64,000 nucleotides of DNA from the NCBI GenBank assembly GCA_045545475.1, contig JAZQAZ010000034.1, positions 33,287-97,286 on the forward strand, given 5' to 3'. Below, piece after piece: positions 1 to 9,994 of the stretch. Made by a program: the position numbers and the translations under genes. The notes under the pieces were generated by a model. It was given only the letters and a program-made list of their open reading frames with translations, made no database searches and was not told the origin of the DNA. Position 1 is the stretch's first letter; each line of letters opens with the position of its first letter. The stretch is from Clostridia bacterium (lineage in GTDB: Bacteria; Bacillota; Clostridia; CAKSNL01; HGM11501).

Positions 1-126
1 CTGCTTGAGCAGATAAGGACAATTGATAAAAAGAGATTAAGGGAAAAGATTGGGCATCTGGATGATGAAAAAATGAAATCGGTAAACGAGGCACTTAACA
101 TAAGCTTCGGTTTGCCTGGAAACTGA
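1..126 (+). CDS. 3' end of a mazF/ndoA-type endoribonuclease toxin gene (5' part upstream of the window)
   Basis: In-frame translation [41 protein letters not shown] closely resembles the C-terminus of B. subtilis NdoA/MazF; stop TGA at 124-126. Confidence 0.6.
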   Translation: MLEQIRTIDKKRLREKIGHLDDEKMKSVNEALNISFGLPGN

Positions 127-145
127 GGGATAAGAAAGGGGTATA

Positions 146-589
146 TTGATGAAGGGACAAAAGAAAAATATTTTTGTTATTACCTTGATACTGATGTTGC
201 TTTTTACAGCGGTTATAAAAGGTACTGTGGGATCGGAGGATGATCCTTTAATTTCTTTAAGCTATGTTGAAAATGTAATTATGCCCTATATTGATGAGGT
301 CGCAGGTGAAAACGACGGCTTTACCGTGGTGGAAGTTGAAAAGGGAAGCAGCATAGAATTTCATGCTGGTGCCGAAATTATTTTAAGAAGCGGTGAAGGC
401 GTTATTGTAATTCCCAAAAGTGCGGGCGGCGGTTTTACAGATGTAACCTCCGGTGTGGATAAGGCCACAGGCACTTTAGCTGAGGCAAACCATCTTTTAA
501 TTTGTCCAAGAAGTGACGGACGCAGAATAAAGGCTAACTCCAAGCTTTATATTATGGTAAGAGGAAGCTATGAAATTATTCAGGGGTGA
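146..589 (+). CDS. hypothetical protein with N-terminal TM/signal segment, Gly-rich beta-type C-terminal region
   Basis: 147-aa ORF, hydrophobic N-terminus, 4-nt overlap with the next gene; no family recognised. Confidence 0.4.
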   Translation: MMKGQKKNIFVITLILMLLFTAVIKGTVGSEDDPLISLSYVENVIMPYIDEVAGENDGFTVVEVEKGSSIEFHAGAEIILRSGEGVIVIPKSAGGGFTDVTSGVDKATGTLAEANHLLICPRSDGRRIKANSKLYIMVRGSYEIIQG

Positions 590-1854
590 AGAGAATGAAA
601 AAATTGCTCGTTGCCCTGACGCTCCTTTTGTCTGCTTTGTTTATTAATTGCTCTGCCATGGAAATTCCTGATTTTGTAAGAGTTGGAATAAATGCATCAA
701 ACCTGACAGAACAAGTTATTCTTGAAGCAGACGGAGGAGTTTATACGGAGGCTCTCTTTGCCATGCCCGAAGAAGGCGGTGAAGGTTCGGCCTTTTATAT
801 AGCGGAAAGGGCAGAAGTTACCGTTTCCGAAAACGGTACATTAATATGTAACGGTATAGAAACCGACGAAACCGAGGTTGACTTTTTAAAGACTTCGGAA
901 TTTATCGTGTGTCAGGGGAAAAAATACCGAGGAGCCATAAGGCTTAGTGTAAGACACGGAAAAATTCTGATAATAAGCGTTTTATCGATGGATGAATATC
1001 TTTACGGAGTTGTGGGAAAGGAAATGTCTGAAAGCTTTCCCCTTGAAGCGTTAAAGGCACAGAGCGTTGCGGCAAGAAACTATACCGTAATTTCCATGGG
1101 ACGTCATGAAAGTCAGGGCTTTGACCTGTGTAACGGCATCCACTGTCAGGCCTACGGTGCAGTGGCATCGGAGGGCAGTAAAGTAAGGCAGGCGGTGGAC
1201 GAGACAACAGGAAAGCTTTTATATTATGAAGGTGAAGTGGTTCAGTGCTACTATTATTCTTCAAACGGAGGCTACAGCGAAAGCTCGGAAAACGTATGGG
1301 TATCCGAAATCGGCTACCTTAAGGGAAAGGCCGACCCCTTTGAGGACGGCACAAGAATTCCCGGGTATAACTGGGAAGTAACCTTTACGGCAGAGGAAAT
1401 AAGAAACAATCTTGCATCCCGAGGCATTGACATAGGGGACATTGTAAATGTGGAAGTTACGGAGTATTCCGAGAATAACCATGTTACGGAAATAAAAATT
1501 GAAGGCACAAAGGACGATAAATATTATTATAAGGATAACATCAGAGCAGCCTTTCCTCAAAGCCTCAAAAGTACATATTTCACAGTTTCTTCGGGAAATA
1601 AAGAAGCATCGGTAAGAGTTTTATCAATAAACGGTATGGAAACCGTAAAAATAGCTCCGTCCTATGTCCTTAGCGGAAGCGGACTGGCTTATGTAGAGGG
1701 AAAAGGACAAGAAGGCGAATTTACATTTACCGGAAGCGGCTACGGCCACGGCGTGGGAATGAGCCAGTACGGTGCTTACTTTATGGCGGAGCAGGGTTAC
1801 ACCTTTGATGATATACTTAAATTTTACTATACAGACACGGAGATTTCAGAATAA
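586..1854 (+). CDS. SpoIID/LytB-domain protein (sporulation-type lytic transglycosylase family)
   Basis: C-terminal motif [31 protein letters not shown] typical of SpoIID/LytB; signal peptide present. Confidence 0.8.
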   Translation: MKRMKKLLVALTLLLSALFINCSAMEIPDFVRVGINASNLTEQVILEADGGVYTEALFAMPEEGGEGSAFYIAERAEVTVSENGTLICNGIETDETEVDFLKTSEFIVCQGKKYRGAIRLSVRHGKILIISVLSMDEYLYGVVGKEMSESFPLEALKAQSVAARNYTVISMGRHESQGFDLCNGIHCQAYGAVASEGSKVRQAVDETTGKLLYYEGEVVQCYYYSSNGGYSESSENVWVSEIGYLKGKADPFEDGTRIPGYNWEVTFTAEEIRNNLASRGIDIGDIVNVEVTEYSENNHVTEIKIEGTKDDKYYYKDNIRAAFPQSLKSTYFTVSSGNKEASVRVLSINGMETVKIAPSYVLSGSGLAYVEGKGQEGEFTFTGSGYGHGVGMSQYGAYFMAEQGYTFDDILKFYYTDTEISE

Positions 1855-2882
1855 TGAGAGTAGAAGATTTTGATTATTACCTTCCCGAGGAGCTTATAGC
1901 TCAGGAGCCTCTGGCAGACAGGTCCTCCTCAAGGCTTCTTACATTGGAAAAGAATACGGGAAAAACGGAGCATAAAATATTTAAAGACATTGTTACCATG
2001 CTTAACAAGGGTGATTGCCTGGTTTTGAATAATACCAGGGTAATTCCTGCAAGGCTTATCGGAACCAAGGAGAAAACAGGCGGTGCCATTGAGATGCTCC
2101 TTTTAAAAAGGGTAAATACCTCTGACTGGGAGGTTGCCTTAAAACCCGGAAAAAGAGCAAAGGTAGGGGCGATGTTTGTTTTCGGCCCCAATGAGGAACT
2201 AAAGGCCGAAATTCTTGAAATTGTAGAGTGCGGAAACAGAATCGTACGTTTTTACTACGACGGTCTTTTTGAAAATGTGCTTGATAAATTAGGGCAGATT
2301 CCACTTCCCGGTTACATAACAAAAAAGCTTGAAGATAAGGAACGCTATCAGACCGTTTATGCAAAGTACGACGGAAGTGCGGCAGCACCGACGGCGGGGC
2401 TTCACTTTACAAAGGAGCTTTTATCCTCCATTTCGGAAAAGGGCGTAAAAATTGCATATGTTACGTTGCATGTTGGCCTTGGAACATTCCGTCCGGTAAA
2501 GGTGGATAACATTGAAGAGCACACCATGCACTCGGAATATTTCATAATTGATGAAAAAGCGGCAAGTATTATAAATGAAACAAAGTCATCAGGCGGCAGA
2601 GTTATTGCCGTCGGAACAACCTCCTGCAGAACTCTTGAATCTGCGGCAGATGAAAACGGACATATATCACCCTGCGAAATGAATACGTCAATTTTCATTT
2701 ATCCGGGCTATAAGTTCAAGGCGATTGATGCACTTATTACAAATTTCCATCTGCCCAAATCAACTCTTGTTATGTTGGTTTCGGCTCTTGCGGGAAGAGA
2801 AAATGTGCTTTCTGCATATAAAGAGGCAATTGAAAACCGATATCGCTTCTTCAGCTTCGGCGATGCGATGTTTATAAAATAA
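1854..2882 (+). CDS. queA: S-adenosylmethionine:tRNA ribosyltransferase-isomerase
   Basis: N-terminus [19 protein letters not shown] and overall 342-aa length match QueA; followed by tgt as in the classic queA-tgt-yajC-secDF arrangement. Confidence 0.93.
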   Translation: MRVEDFDYYLPEELIAQEPLADRSSSRLLTLEKNTGKTEHKIFKDIVTMLNKGDCLVLNNTRVIPARLIGTKEKTGGAIEMLLLKRVNTSDWEVALKPGKRAKVGAMFVFGPNEELKAEILEIVECGNRIVRFYYDGLFENVLDKLGQIPLPGYITKKLEDKERYQTVYAKYDGSAAAPTAGLHFTKELLSSISEKGVKIAYVTLHVGLGTFRPVKVDNIEEHTMHSEYFIIDEKAASIINETKSSGGRVIAVGTTSCRTLESAADENGHISPCEMNTSIFIYPGYKFKAIDALITNFHLPKSTLVMLVSALAGRENVLSAYKEAIENRYRFFSFGDAMFIK

Positions 2883-3014
2883 AAGAAATTGTTCGTCCGA
2901 GATCCTTCATTGCGTCACAACGCACTGTCATTCTCGAGCGAAGCGAAGAATCCCGCGTGGCGACGCAGTTCAAGGATGACACGGGCGAGGTTCTTATATC
3001 CCGTACACATCGTT
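2876..3014. mobile_element. ~139-bp MITE-like structured insertion flanked by 14-bp target-site duplication GATGCGATGTTTAT (2862-2875 and 3015-3028)
   Basis: Direct repeat on both sides; internal imperfect ~30-nt inverted repeats (cgtccgagatccttcattgcgtcacaacgc / gcgtggcgacgcagttcaaggatgacacgggcg) around a central stem-loop. Confidence 0.5.
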
Positions 3015-3178
3015 GATGCGATGTTTATTAATTGAAATTTTATTTGTAATATCGTTTTTCAGAACGGCTTGCCCGTTCCGAAAAACAAAAGGGCAGGAGC
3101 TCTTCTCCTGCCCTACAGTATTGCATAAATCAATACCATAGAAATGGAAAATTTTGCACTTAATAAGGGGGGCGGCGG

Positions 3179-3586
3179 ATGAAAAGGCACAGATATCTCT
3201 TTTTAGCAATAGGATTTTTAATTCTTTCTGGAATATCGGCTTTGTTTTTCACAGAAACCTTTTCTTCTGATTTCACTCTGTTTATGGGGTTCGGTCTTTT
3301 GCCGGTTTCCCTTGCTTTGACCATTGGCTTTTTAGCAGCATGGCTATTTGAAATTTTCAAAAAAAGCGGAAAAAAACCGGGCCTTACGGTGAGTTTTATT
3401 TTGGTAACGGCTTCTGCTTTAATAATTGCGGGAATAGCAACATGGGATGTTTTATTCAGCAATGAAAGCTTTTTCCCTGGGCTGTTCGGATTGATTTTAT
3501 TTATTTTTGCTCTGCCGCCTTTGGCGGTTGCGGCAATAACGCTTCTTGTAATAATGATAGTGAAGAGAACGAGAAATGCAAAATGA
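3179..3586 (+). CDS. polytopic membrane protein, unknown function
   Basis: 135 aa, four hydrophobic helices, RBS GGGGGG upstream. Confidence 0.5.
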   Translation: MKRHRYLFLAIGFLILSGISALFFTETFSSDFTLFMGFGLLPVSLALTIGFLAAWLFEIFKKSGKKPGLTVSFILVTASALIIAGIATWDVLFSNESFFPGLFGLILFIFALPPLAVAAITLLVIMIVKRTRNAK

Positions 3587-3638
3587 ATAATTTTGCATAA
3601 CCCATTTTGCGTTTTACATTTAACAAAGGAGGACAGAA

Positions 3639-4769
3639 ATGTTTGAGCTTTTAAAGACTGAAAACAAGGCGAGGCGAGGTCGTTTTACTACGCCTCACGG
3701 TGTAATAGAAACCCCGGTTTTTATGAACGTTGGAACATCTGCCGCAATTAAAGGCGGCTTATCCGCCGAGGATTTAAGCGAGCTTCACTGTCAGGTGGAG
3801 CTTTCCAATACATATCATCTTCATGTACGTCCGGGGGATGAAGTCGTGAGAGACCTTGGCGGTATAAGAAAATTTATGAATTGGAACGGACCTGTATTAA
3901 CCGACAGTGGCGGCTTTCAGGTTTTCTCCCTTGCAGACCTTCGTAAAATAAAGGAAGAGGGCGTGTCTTTCAAGTCCCATCTTGACGGAACAAGAATTTT
4001 CATGGGACCCGAAGAGAGTATGCAGATTCAGTCAAATCTGGCATCCACCATTGCCATGGCCTTTGACGAGTGTATAGAAAATCCGGCACCCAAGGATTAT
4101 GTTAAAAACTCCATTGCGAGAACCACAAGATGGCTCCATCGCTGTAAGGCGGAAATGGCAAGGCTCAATTCCCTTCCCGACACAATAAATAAAGAGCAGA
4201 TGCTTTTTGGCATCAATCAGGGCGGAACTTATCCCGACCTCAGAATTGAGCACATGAAGGAAATTTCCGAGCTTGACCTTCCCGGCTACGCCATAGGCGG
4301 CCTTGCGGTGGGGGAAACCGCCGAAGAAATGTATGACATAATAGATGCTGTTGAACCCTTTATGCCAAAGGACAAGCCCCGTTACTTAATGGGTGTGGGA
4401 ACACCTGTAAATATTTTGGAAGGCGTGGCCCGAGGTGTTGACTTTTTCGATTGTGTAATGCCCAGCCGTAATGCCCGCCACGGCCTTTTATTTACCAGCG
4501 TGGGAATTATAAATTTAAACAATAACAGATATTTAAGGGACGAAAACCCCATAGACCCGAATTGCGACTGCCCTGCCTGCAGAAAGCATTCCCGCGGTTA
4601 CATCCGTCACCTTTTAAAGGCAAAGGAAATGCTTGGTATGCGTCTTTGTGTAATTCACAACATTCATTTCTACAATCAGATGATGCAGGATATAAGAGAC
4701 GCTCTTGACGAGGGCCGTTTTACGGAATTTTATAAAGAAAAAGTGGAGCTTTACGGTTCGAGATATTAA
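3639..4769 (+). CDS. tgt: queuine tRNA-ribosyltransferase
   Basis: MFELLKTENKARRGRFTTPHGVIETPVFMNVGT... and C-terminal zinc site CDCPAC...H typical of Tgt. Confidence 0.93.
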   Translation: MFELLKTENKARRGRFTTPHGVIETPVFMNVGTSAAIKGGLSAEDLSELHCQVELSNTYHLHVRPGDEVVRDLGGIRKFMNWNGPVLTDSGGFQVFSLADLRKIKEEGVSFKSHLDGTRIFMGPEESMQIQSNLASTIAMAFDECIENPAPKDYVKNSIARTTRWLHRCKAEMARLNSLPDTINKEQMLFGINQGGTYPDLRIEHMKEISELDLPGYAIGGLAVGETAEEMYDIIDAVEPFMPKDKPRYLMGVGTPVNILEGVARGVDFFDCVMPSRNARHGLLFTSVGIINLNNNRYLRDENPIDPNCDCPACRKHSRGYIRHLLKAKEMLGMRLCVIHNIHFYNQMMQDIRDALDEGRFTEFYKEKVELYGSRY

Positions 4770-4836
4770 AAAGGACTTGCAAAGTTTTGGAAAATAGTAT
4801 ATAATTAGTAAAAAATATTTTTGGAGGTTTACTTTT

Positions 4837-5214
4837 ATGTTAATGATGATGTTAATGTCCATGCCTCAGGGTATGGGTGACACGGCAACAACAGAGGCTG
4901 TTACACAGACAACGGAAGCTGCAACTCAGAGCGGCAGTTCATGGATAACTTTCCTTCCCATGATTATAGTTTTGGTGGCTATGTACTTTATCTTGATTCT
5001 TCCTCAGAAGAAGCAGGAAAAGAAGCAGCGTTCCATGATTGATGCCCTTGTTCCCGGTGATGAAATTGTTACCATCGGCGGTATTTACGGTAATGTTGTT
5101 TCCGTAAAGGATGATTGCATCGTAATCGAATCTTCTGCTGATAAGACAAAGATAAAAATCGCAAAGTCTTCCGTAAGCAGATGCTTAACCGTTCACGAAG
5201 AAGAAAAGAAATAA
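4837..5214 (+). CDS. yajC: preprotein translocase subunit YajC
   Basis: TM helix followed by ILPQKKQEKKQRSMIDALVPGDEIVTIGGIYGNVVSV, the YajC signature; position between tgt and secD. Confidence 0.8.
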   Translation: MLMMMLMSMPQGMGDTATTEAVTQTTEAATQSGSSWITFLPMIIVLVAMYFILILPQKKQEKKQRSMIDALVPGDEIVTIGGIYGNVVSVKDDCIVIESSADKTKIKIAKSSVSRCLTVHEEEKK

Positions 5215-5264
5215 GTAATTAAAACGCCTTTTCCCGAATAGACTTATTTGGGGAGGCGTTTTTT

Positions 5265-5663
5265 ATGGATGAAAAAGAAAAAAGAAAAGGCCTGGATATG
5301 CTTTATGCGGTTCTCGGCTCACTTTTAACGGCACTTGTGCTTACAGGGCTTTCGCTTCTGATTATTTCGGTAATTTATCTTTCAAGAGATTTATCTGACG
5401 AAACGGCAAGAAGCCTGGTTACGGCGGCGGCTCTTGTTTCGGTGTTTGTGTCTGCCTTAATTTCCGGCAGAAAAATGAAAAGCAGAGGCCTTTTAACAGG
5501 CTCGCTTGTGGGGGCGGCCTATTCTTTGTGCCTTTATATCACAGGGGTTCTTGCCTTTGGGATAATGCACTTTTCAAAAAGCTTTTTCGGAATCCCGGCA
5601 CTTTCGGTATTCATCGGGGCCCTGGGCGGAATTGCAGGAGTAAATCTTAAGGGCAAAAAATAA
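5265..5663 (+). CDS. small polytopic membrane protein, unknown function
   Basis: 132 aa, 4 predicted TM helices. Confidence 0.45.
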   Translation: MDEKEKRKGLDMLYAVLGSLLTALVLTGLSLLIISVIYLSRDLSDETARSLVTAAALVSVFVSALISGRKMKSRGLLTGSLVGAAYSLCLYITGVLAFGIMHFSKSFFGIPALSVFIGALGGIAGVNLKGKK

Positions 5664-5740
5664 CAGGGCAAAAGACTTAAAAAGATGCGGAGTTTTTAAA
5701 ATATCCGCATCTTTTATTTTGCTCTTTTAACAAATTTTAG

Positions 5741-5775
5741 TTGACTAAACGCTCCGAAAGTTATATAATAGATGT
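5741..5775 (+). promoter_or_regulatory. sigma-A type promoter (TTGACT-N17-TATAAT) upstream of secD
   Basis: ttgactaaacgctccgaaagttatataat read directly. Confidence 0.45.
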
Positions 5776-5803
5776 GCTATACATTTTTTAAGGAGGATAA
5801 AGC

Positions 5804-7108
5804 ATGAGAGCAAAAAACATTATTGCACTTATCTTAATTGCGGCAGTTATATTCATGATGTGCTTCGTATGCCTGTTTGATGTAACTATCGGCGATTACA
5901 GATTCCCGGATGCTCTTGATGAAGAGTACGGAATTAAGCAGGGCCTTGACCTGGTGGGAGGTTCGCTTATTGAATTTAAACCTGATACAGAGGAAACACC
6001 TTCTGCAGACCAGATGGCAACGGTTAATTCCATTATGAGAAACCGTCTGGACTCCCAGAGCTATTATGATGCAACGGTAGCAATTCAGGCTGACAATACC
6101 ATAAGAATTGAAATTCCCAACGTGGATGACCCTTCCGAGGCAGTTTCAATTCTCGGTTCCACAGCAAAGCTTACCTTCAGAGATTATGAGGGTAACGTTC
6201 TTATGGAAGGCTCCGAAGAATTCGTTGCAGATGCACAGATGCAGTACGGACAGACTTCCGAGGTTGGTGTAGCACAGTATTATGTTGCACTTACACTTAC
6301 CGCTCAGGGAAGAGAAGCTTTCAAGGCAGCAACAGAGGCTGTTCTTAACTACACTTCCGAGGGTAATAACTACATCGCAATTTATCTTGACGAAACACCC
6401 TTCAGCCAGCCCATGGTATCTGAAGTAATCGATGCAGAATCCTGCGTAATCACAGGTGATTTCTCAAGAGAAAGTGCTGAAACACTTGCGGCACAGATCA
6501 GAAGCGGTCAGCTTCCCTTTAATCTTGCCGTTTCTCAGCTTCAGAGCGTAGGTCCCACACTCGGTGAGGAAGCTCTTTCAAAGAGCCTTGTTGCAGCAGG
6601 TATTGGTATTCTTCTTGTAATCATTTTCATGATTGCATTGTACAGACTTTCCGGTGTTACTGCGGCAATCAGCCTTTGTGCTTACGCAGCACTCGTTGTA
6701 ATCATTCTTATAAGAATCGGTGCAACACTTACACTTTCAGGTATTGCAGGTTTGGTTCTTTCAATCGGTATGGCGGTTGACGCTGACTGTATTATATTTG
6801 AAAGAATGAAGGAAGAACTTCGTACAGGAAAAACCATTGGTGCATCACTTGATGCAGCATTCAACCGTGCAATGGTTGCAATTTTCGACGCTAACGTAAC
6901 AACATTGATCTGTGCTGTAGTGCTTTACTTCTTCGGTACAGGCTCTATCAAGGGCTTCGCTGTTACACTCGGCGTTGGTACATTGGTAAGCTTCTTTACA
7001 GCAATCGTTCTTACAAAGGTTATATTAAAGCTTATCGTTAAAGGCTTTGGAATCAAAAGTTCCGGCTGGTTCGGTGTGAAAGGAGTGGCTATTGATGAAA
7101 CAGTATAA
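5804..7108 (+). CDS. secD: protein translocase subunit SecD
   Basis: LDLVGGSLIEF periplasmic motif and C-terminal 6-TM SSD-like region; followed by overlapping secF. Confidence 0.9.
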   Translation: MRAKNIIALILIAAVIFMMCFVCLFDVTIGDYRFPDALDEEYGIKQGLDLVGGSLIEFKPDTEETPSADQMATVNSIMRNRLDSQSYYDATVAIQADNTIRIEIPNVDDPSEAVSILGSTAKLTFRDYEGNVLMEGSEEFVADAQMQYGQTSEVGVAQYYVALTLTAQGREAFKAATEAVLNYTSEGNNYIAIYLDETPFSQPMVSEVIDAESCVITGDFSRESAETLAAQIRSGQLPFNLAVSQLQSVGPTLGEEALSKSLVAAGIGILLVIIFMIALYRLSGVTAAISLCAYAALVVIILIRIGATLTLSGIAGLVLSIGMAVDADCIIFERMKEELRTGKTIGASLDAAFNRAMVAIFDANVTTLICAVVLYFFGTGSIKGFAVTLGVGTLVSFFTAIVLTKVILKLIVKGFGIKSSGWFGVKGVAIDETV

Positions 7109-8024
7109 TTTTACAAAAAACAGTAAAATATTTGCCATCGTTTCTCTGGTTCTCATTCTTGCCGGAATCGTAGGCCTTGTAATAAACGGCGGTCTTAACT
7201 ACGGTATCGACTTTACAGGCGGTACAAACATTCAGCTTTCCATGAAAACAGAAAGCTATGAAATTTCCGCAACAACAGACGAAATTGAAGACCTTGTGTC
7301 AGGCGTTCTTGGCGGTGCTGAGGTTCAGGCGCAGTCTCTCGGAACAGAGGCCATTGTTATAAAGACTGTTGAGCTCGGCGGATATTTAGATGCAGAGGCT
7401 GAAGCAGTTGAGGGCGAAAGCGATGTTGAAAAGGTTTTCGCAGCAATTGAAGAAGCATATGGCATTTCCATTCCCGAAGAGGAGAGAAACGTAACCACAA
7501 TCAGCGCATCCACAAGTAAGAAAATCTTAACCGATTCTCTTTCTGCAACATTACTTGCTGTTGTGCTTATGCTGCTCTACATCACCGTAAGATTCGAATT
7601 CCTGTCAGGTGCTGCAGCTGTTATCGGTCTTATCCATAACATCGTAATTATGATCGGTGCATATGCACTCTTCCGTCTTCCCATAAACAACTCCTTTGTT
7701 GCGGCAGTTCTTACAATTGTAGGTTACTCCATCAACAATACAATCGTTATTTTCGACCGTGTGCGTGAAAACGTTAAGAAGGAGAGAAAGCTTTCCTATA
7801 AAGATATTGCTGACAAGAGCGTAACTCAGTCTTTAGCCCGAACAATCAACAGCTCTATTACCACACTTCTTACAATAGGAATGCTTTATATCATGGGCGT
7901 AAACTCCATAAGAGAGTTTGCACTTCCCATCATCATCGGTATCGTTGCAGGTACCTACTCTTCAATTTTCCTTTGTGCACCTCTTTGGGTTAAGATGAAG
8001 GAAGCCTTCATTAAGAAAAGATAA
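7092..8024 (+). CDS. secF: protein translocase subunit SecF
   Basis: GIDFTGGT motif, 6 TM, overlaps secD stop. Confidence 0.9.
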   Translation: MMKQYNFTKNSKIFAIVSLVLILAGIVGLVINGGLNYGIDFTGGTNIQLSMKTESYEISATTDEIEDLVSGVLGGAEVQAQSLGTEAIVIKTVELGGYLDAEAEAVEGESDVEKVFAAIEEAYGISIPEEERNVTTISASTSKKILTDSLSATLLAVVLMLLYITVRFEFLSGAAAVIGLIHNIVIMIGAYALFRLPINNSFVAAVLTIVGYSINNTIVIFDRVRENVKKERKLSYKDIADKSVTQSLARTINSSITTLLTIGMLYIMGVNSIREFALPIIIGIVAGTYSSIFLCAPLWVKMKEAFIKKR

Positions 8025-8121
8025 AAATGAAAATAATAAACGGCCAAGGCTTGCCTTGGCCGTTTATATTTGACTTTTCATTACGAAAGGTGTATAATGA
8101 CCTTACAATTTATAAGGAGAG

Positions 8122-9951
8122 ATGACAATGAAAAAGAAATTTTTTGCGGCAATATGTGTTTTTGTGCTTGCCATGGCGGCACTCACTCTTACTTCCTTTG
8201 CGGCAAGAAAGGAGAGTTTGCCCATAACTCTTCGCACAACGGGATATAAAACAGTGAATGAAACGGTAATTACAAGGTTTGAAGTTACCGAAATTGAATC
8301 TTACTACAATGACCAGATACAACTGTGCTTCGAAATGGACAGAATAGTGGTTTCCGGAAGCAACTCAATCAGCATGGAAGTGGACTGCTTCGATGCTGAG
8401 GGCGAATATATAAAAACGGTATACTTAAGTTCATACAGCGATTATATACTGGTACCCGACAATACCGCAACAATTGAACTTAAGGCAGATACCCCTGCAT
8501 CCGACAGCGAAAGCTATGTTTACCGCAAATATGTAGCATTATACAATATTGACGGGGCAACTGCACAGGTTACTAATATACAGGCAGCTACTTATCAGGA
8601 AAACGGATGGCGTACCGCAGCACAGTATAACAATATTAAGAGAACGCTTCCCATTAACCTGGTTTATGATGACGGTGATATTACAACTATAAGTGCATTT
8701 GATATTACAAAAGTAGAAACCGCATGGGATGGAGATCTCAGGCTGAGCTATTCGCTGGAATATGAGTATACAAGAGGATACAGCGGCCCATCTATATACA
8801 TAAGATGTTACAATTCTTCAAGAGAATGTGTTGATACAATGTTAGTTTCGGAGTACGGTTCATATGTGGATGTTCCCTATGATACCACCGATATTGAGCT
8901 GTTTACCAAGTATGGTGCAGCAGACAGCCAGAGCTATCTCATAAGCAATTATTCCACGATGTATTCATCCGACGGAAGAAGCATAGTTGTAAGTGATTTG
9001 CAGATATCTTCCTATGAGGCTGTGGGTTGGGCACTTGCGGTTCCCGTTTACGCTTATGAAAACGGAGAATTTACGAGAATGACTTATATAAGTCCTTATG
9101 ACGTTTCTTCGTGGCAGGCTGTAGGCTGGTACAGCTATGAAGAAACCTGCAATGCCGAAACCTTGTATGCAATGGATGAAAACGGTAAGTTTACGAGAAC
9201 ACTTAAGGTTCCGCAGAGGTTGGTATCTGCATATACGGCGGTTGGTTGGTATACCTATTCTCAGAAAAATGATATTGAAACTGCCGTAACTTTGTACGCA
9301 CCGGATGCAAACGGAAACTTCACAAGAACCATAAGCGTGCCTGCAAAGGATGTTGCCGCATATACGGCGGTTGGTTGGTATACAAAAGAGGAAGCCTTTA
9401 AGAAAACGAGTCTTCCTGTTATATTCTGCAATGCCAATGGCGGAACAATTACATTCAGTAACTTTACGGTTAACGGCGTAAGTAAAGATGATGACGGCAG
9501 AACAAAGATTGAATATGAAATCGGATACACAAATAACAGTAACTCGAATTTTAAGATTTTATATAATCTTTATGATGCGTACGGCAATCTTTACGGGTCC
9601 GTCACGAGCAGTCATACGACAAGAGGCTCAGAAAAGGAAAATTGGACACTCCGAACAGATAGTAAAATTGCAAAAATTGAAATAAAATTAGACGGCGGAG
9701 CAAGTAACAGCCAGACTTATGTATACAGTAATATGATAACAGTATATGCCTCCGACGGAAGAACCATGGAAATTTATGATTTGCAGCTTCCCGTTTACGA
9801 AGCTGTGGGCTGGTACTCATCGCCGGAAGCGGCAAATGCTCCTCCTCCCGGGTCCGAGCCGGAAGAACCCCAGGAGCCGGAAGAACCGGCTGCAGGTTCA
9901 GCCCCCAAAGGTGAAAAGCCTTCCAAGCCCAGCAGACCTCCACGCTCATAA
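8122..9951 (+). CDS. secreted repeat protein with ~40-aa 'YTAVGWY' repeats and Pro/Glu-rich C-terminal tail
   Basis: Signal peptide; repeated blocks ...YTAVGWY...TLYA.D.NG.FTRT..VP...; tail PPPGSEPEEPQEPEEP...KPSKPSRPPRS. Confidence 0.6.
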   Translation: MTMKKKFFAAICVFVLAMAALTLTSFAARKESLPITLRTTGYKTVNETVITRFEVTEIESYYNDQIQLCFEMDRIVVSGSNSISMEVDCFDAEGEYIKTVYLSSYSDYILVPDNTATIELKADTPASDSESYVYRKYVALYNIDGATAQVTNIQAATYQENGWRTAAQYNNIKRTLPINLVYDDGDITTISAFDITKVETAWDGDLRLSYSLEYEYTRGYSGPSIYIRCYNSSRECVDTMLVSEYGSYVDVPYDTTDIELFTKYGAADSQSYLISNYSTMYSSDGRSIVVSDLQISSYEAVGWALAVPVYAYENGEFTRMTYISPYDVSSWQAVGWYSYEETCNAETLYAMDENGKFTRTLKVPQRLVSAYTAVGWYTYSQKNDIETAVTLYAPDANGNFTRTISVPAKDVAAYTAVGWYTKEEAFKKTSLPVIFCNANGGTITFSNFTVNGVSKDDDGRTKIEYEIGYTNNSNSNFKILYNLYDAYGNLYGSVTSSHTTRGSEKENWTLRTDSKIAKIEIKLDGGASNSQTYVYSNMITVYASDGRTMEIYDLQLPVYEAVGWYSSPEAANAPPPGSEPEEPQEPEEPAAGSAPKGEKPSKPSRPPRS

Positions 9952-9954
9952 ACA

Positions 9955-9991
9955 AAAAGATACCGCATCCGTCGGATGCGGTATCTTTTTT
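9955..9991. terminator. bidirectional rho-independent terminator
   Basis: gataccgcatccgtcggatgcggtatc hairpin flanked by A-run and T-run, between convergent genes. Confidence 0.7.
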
Positions 9992-9994
9992 AAC

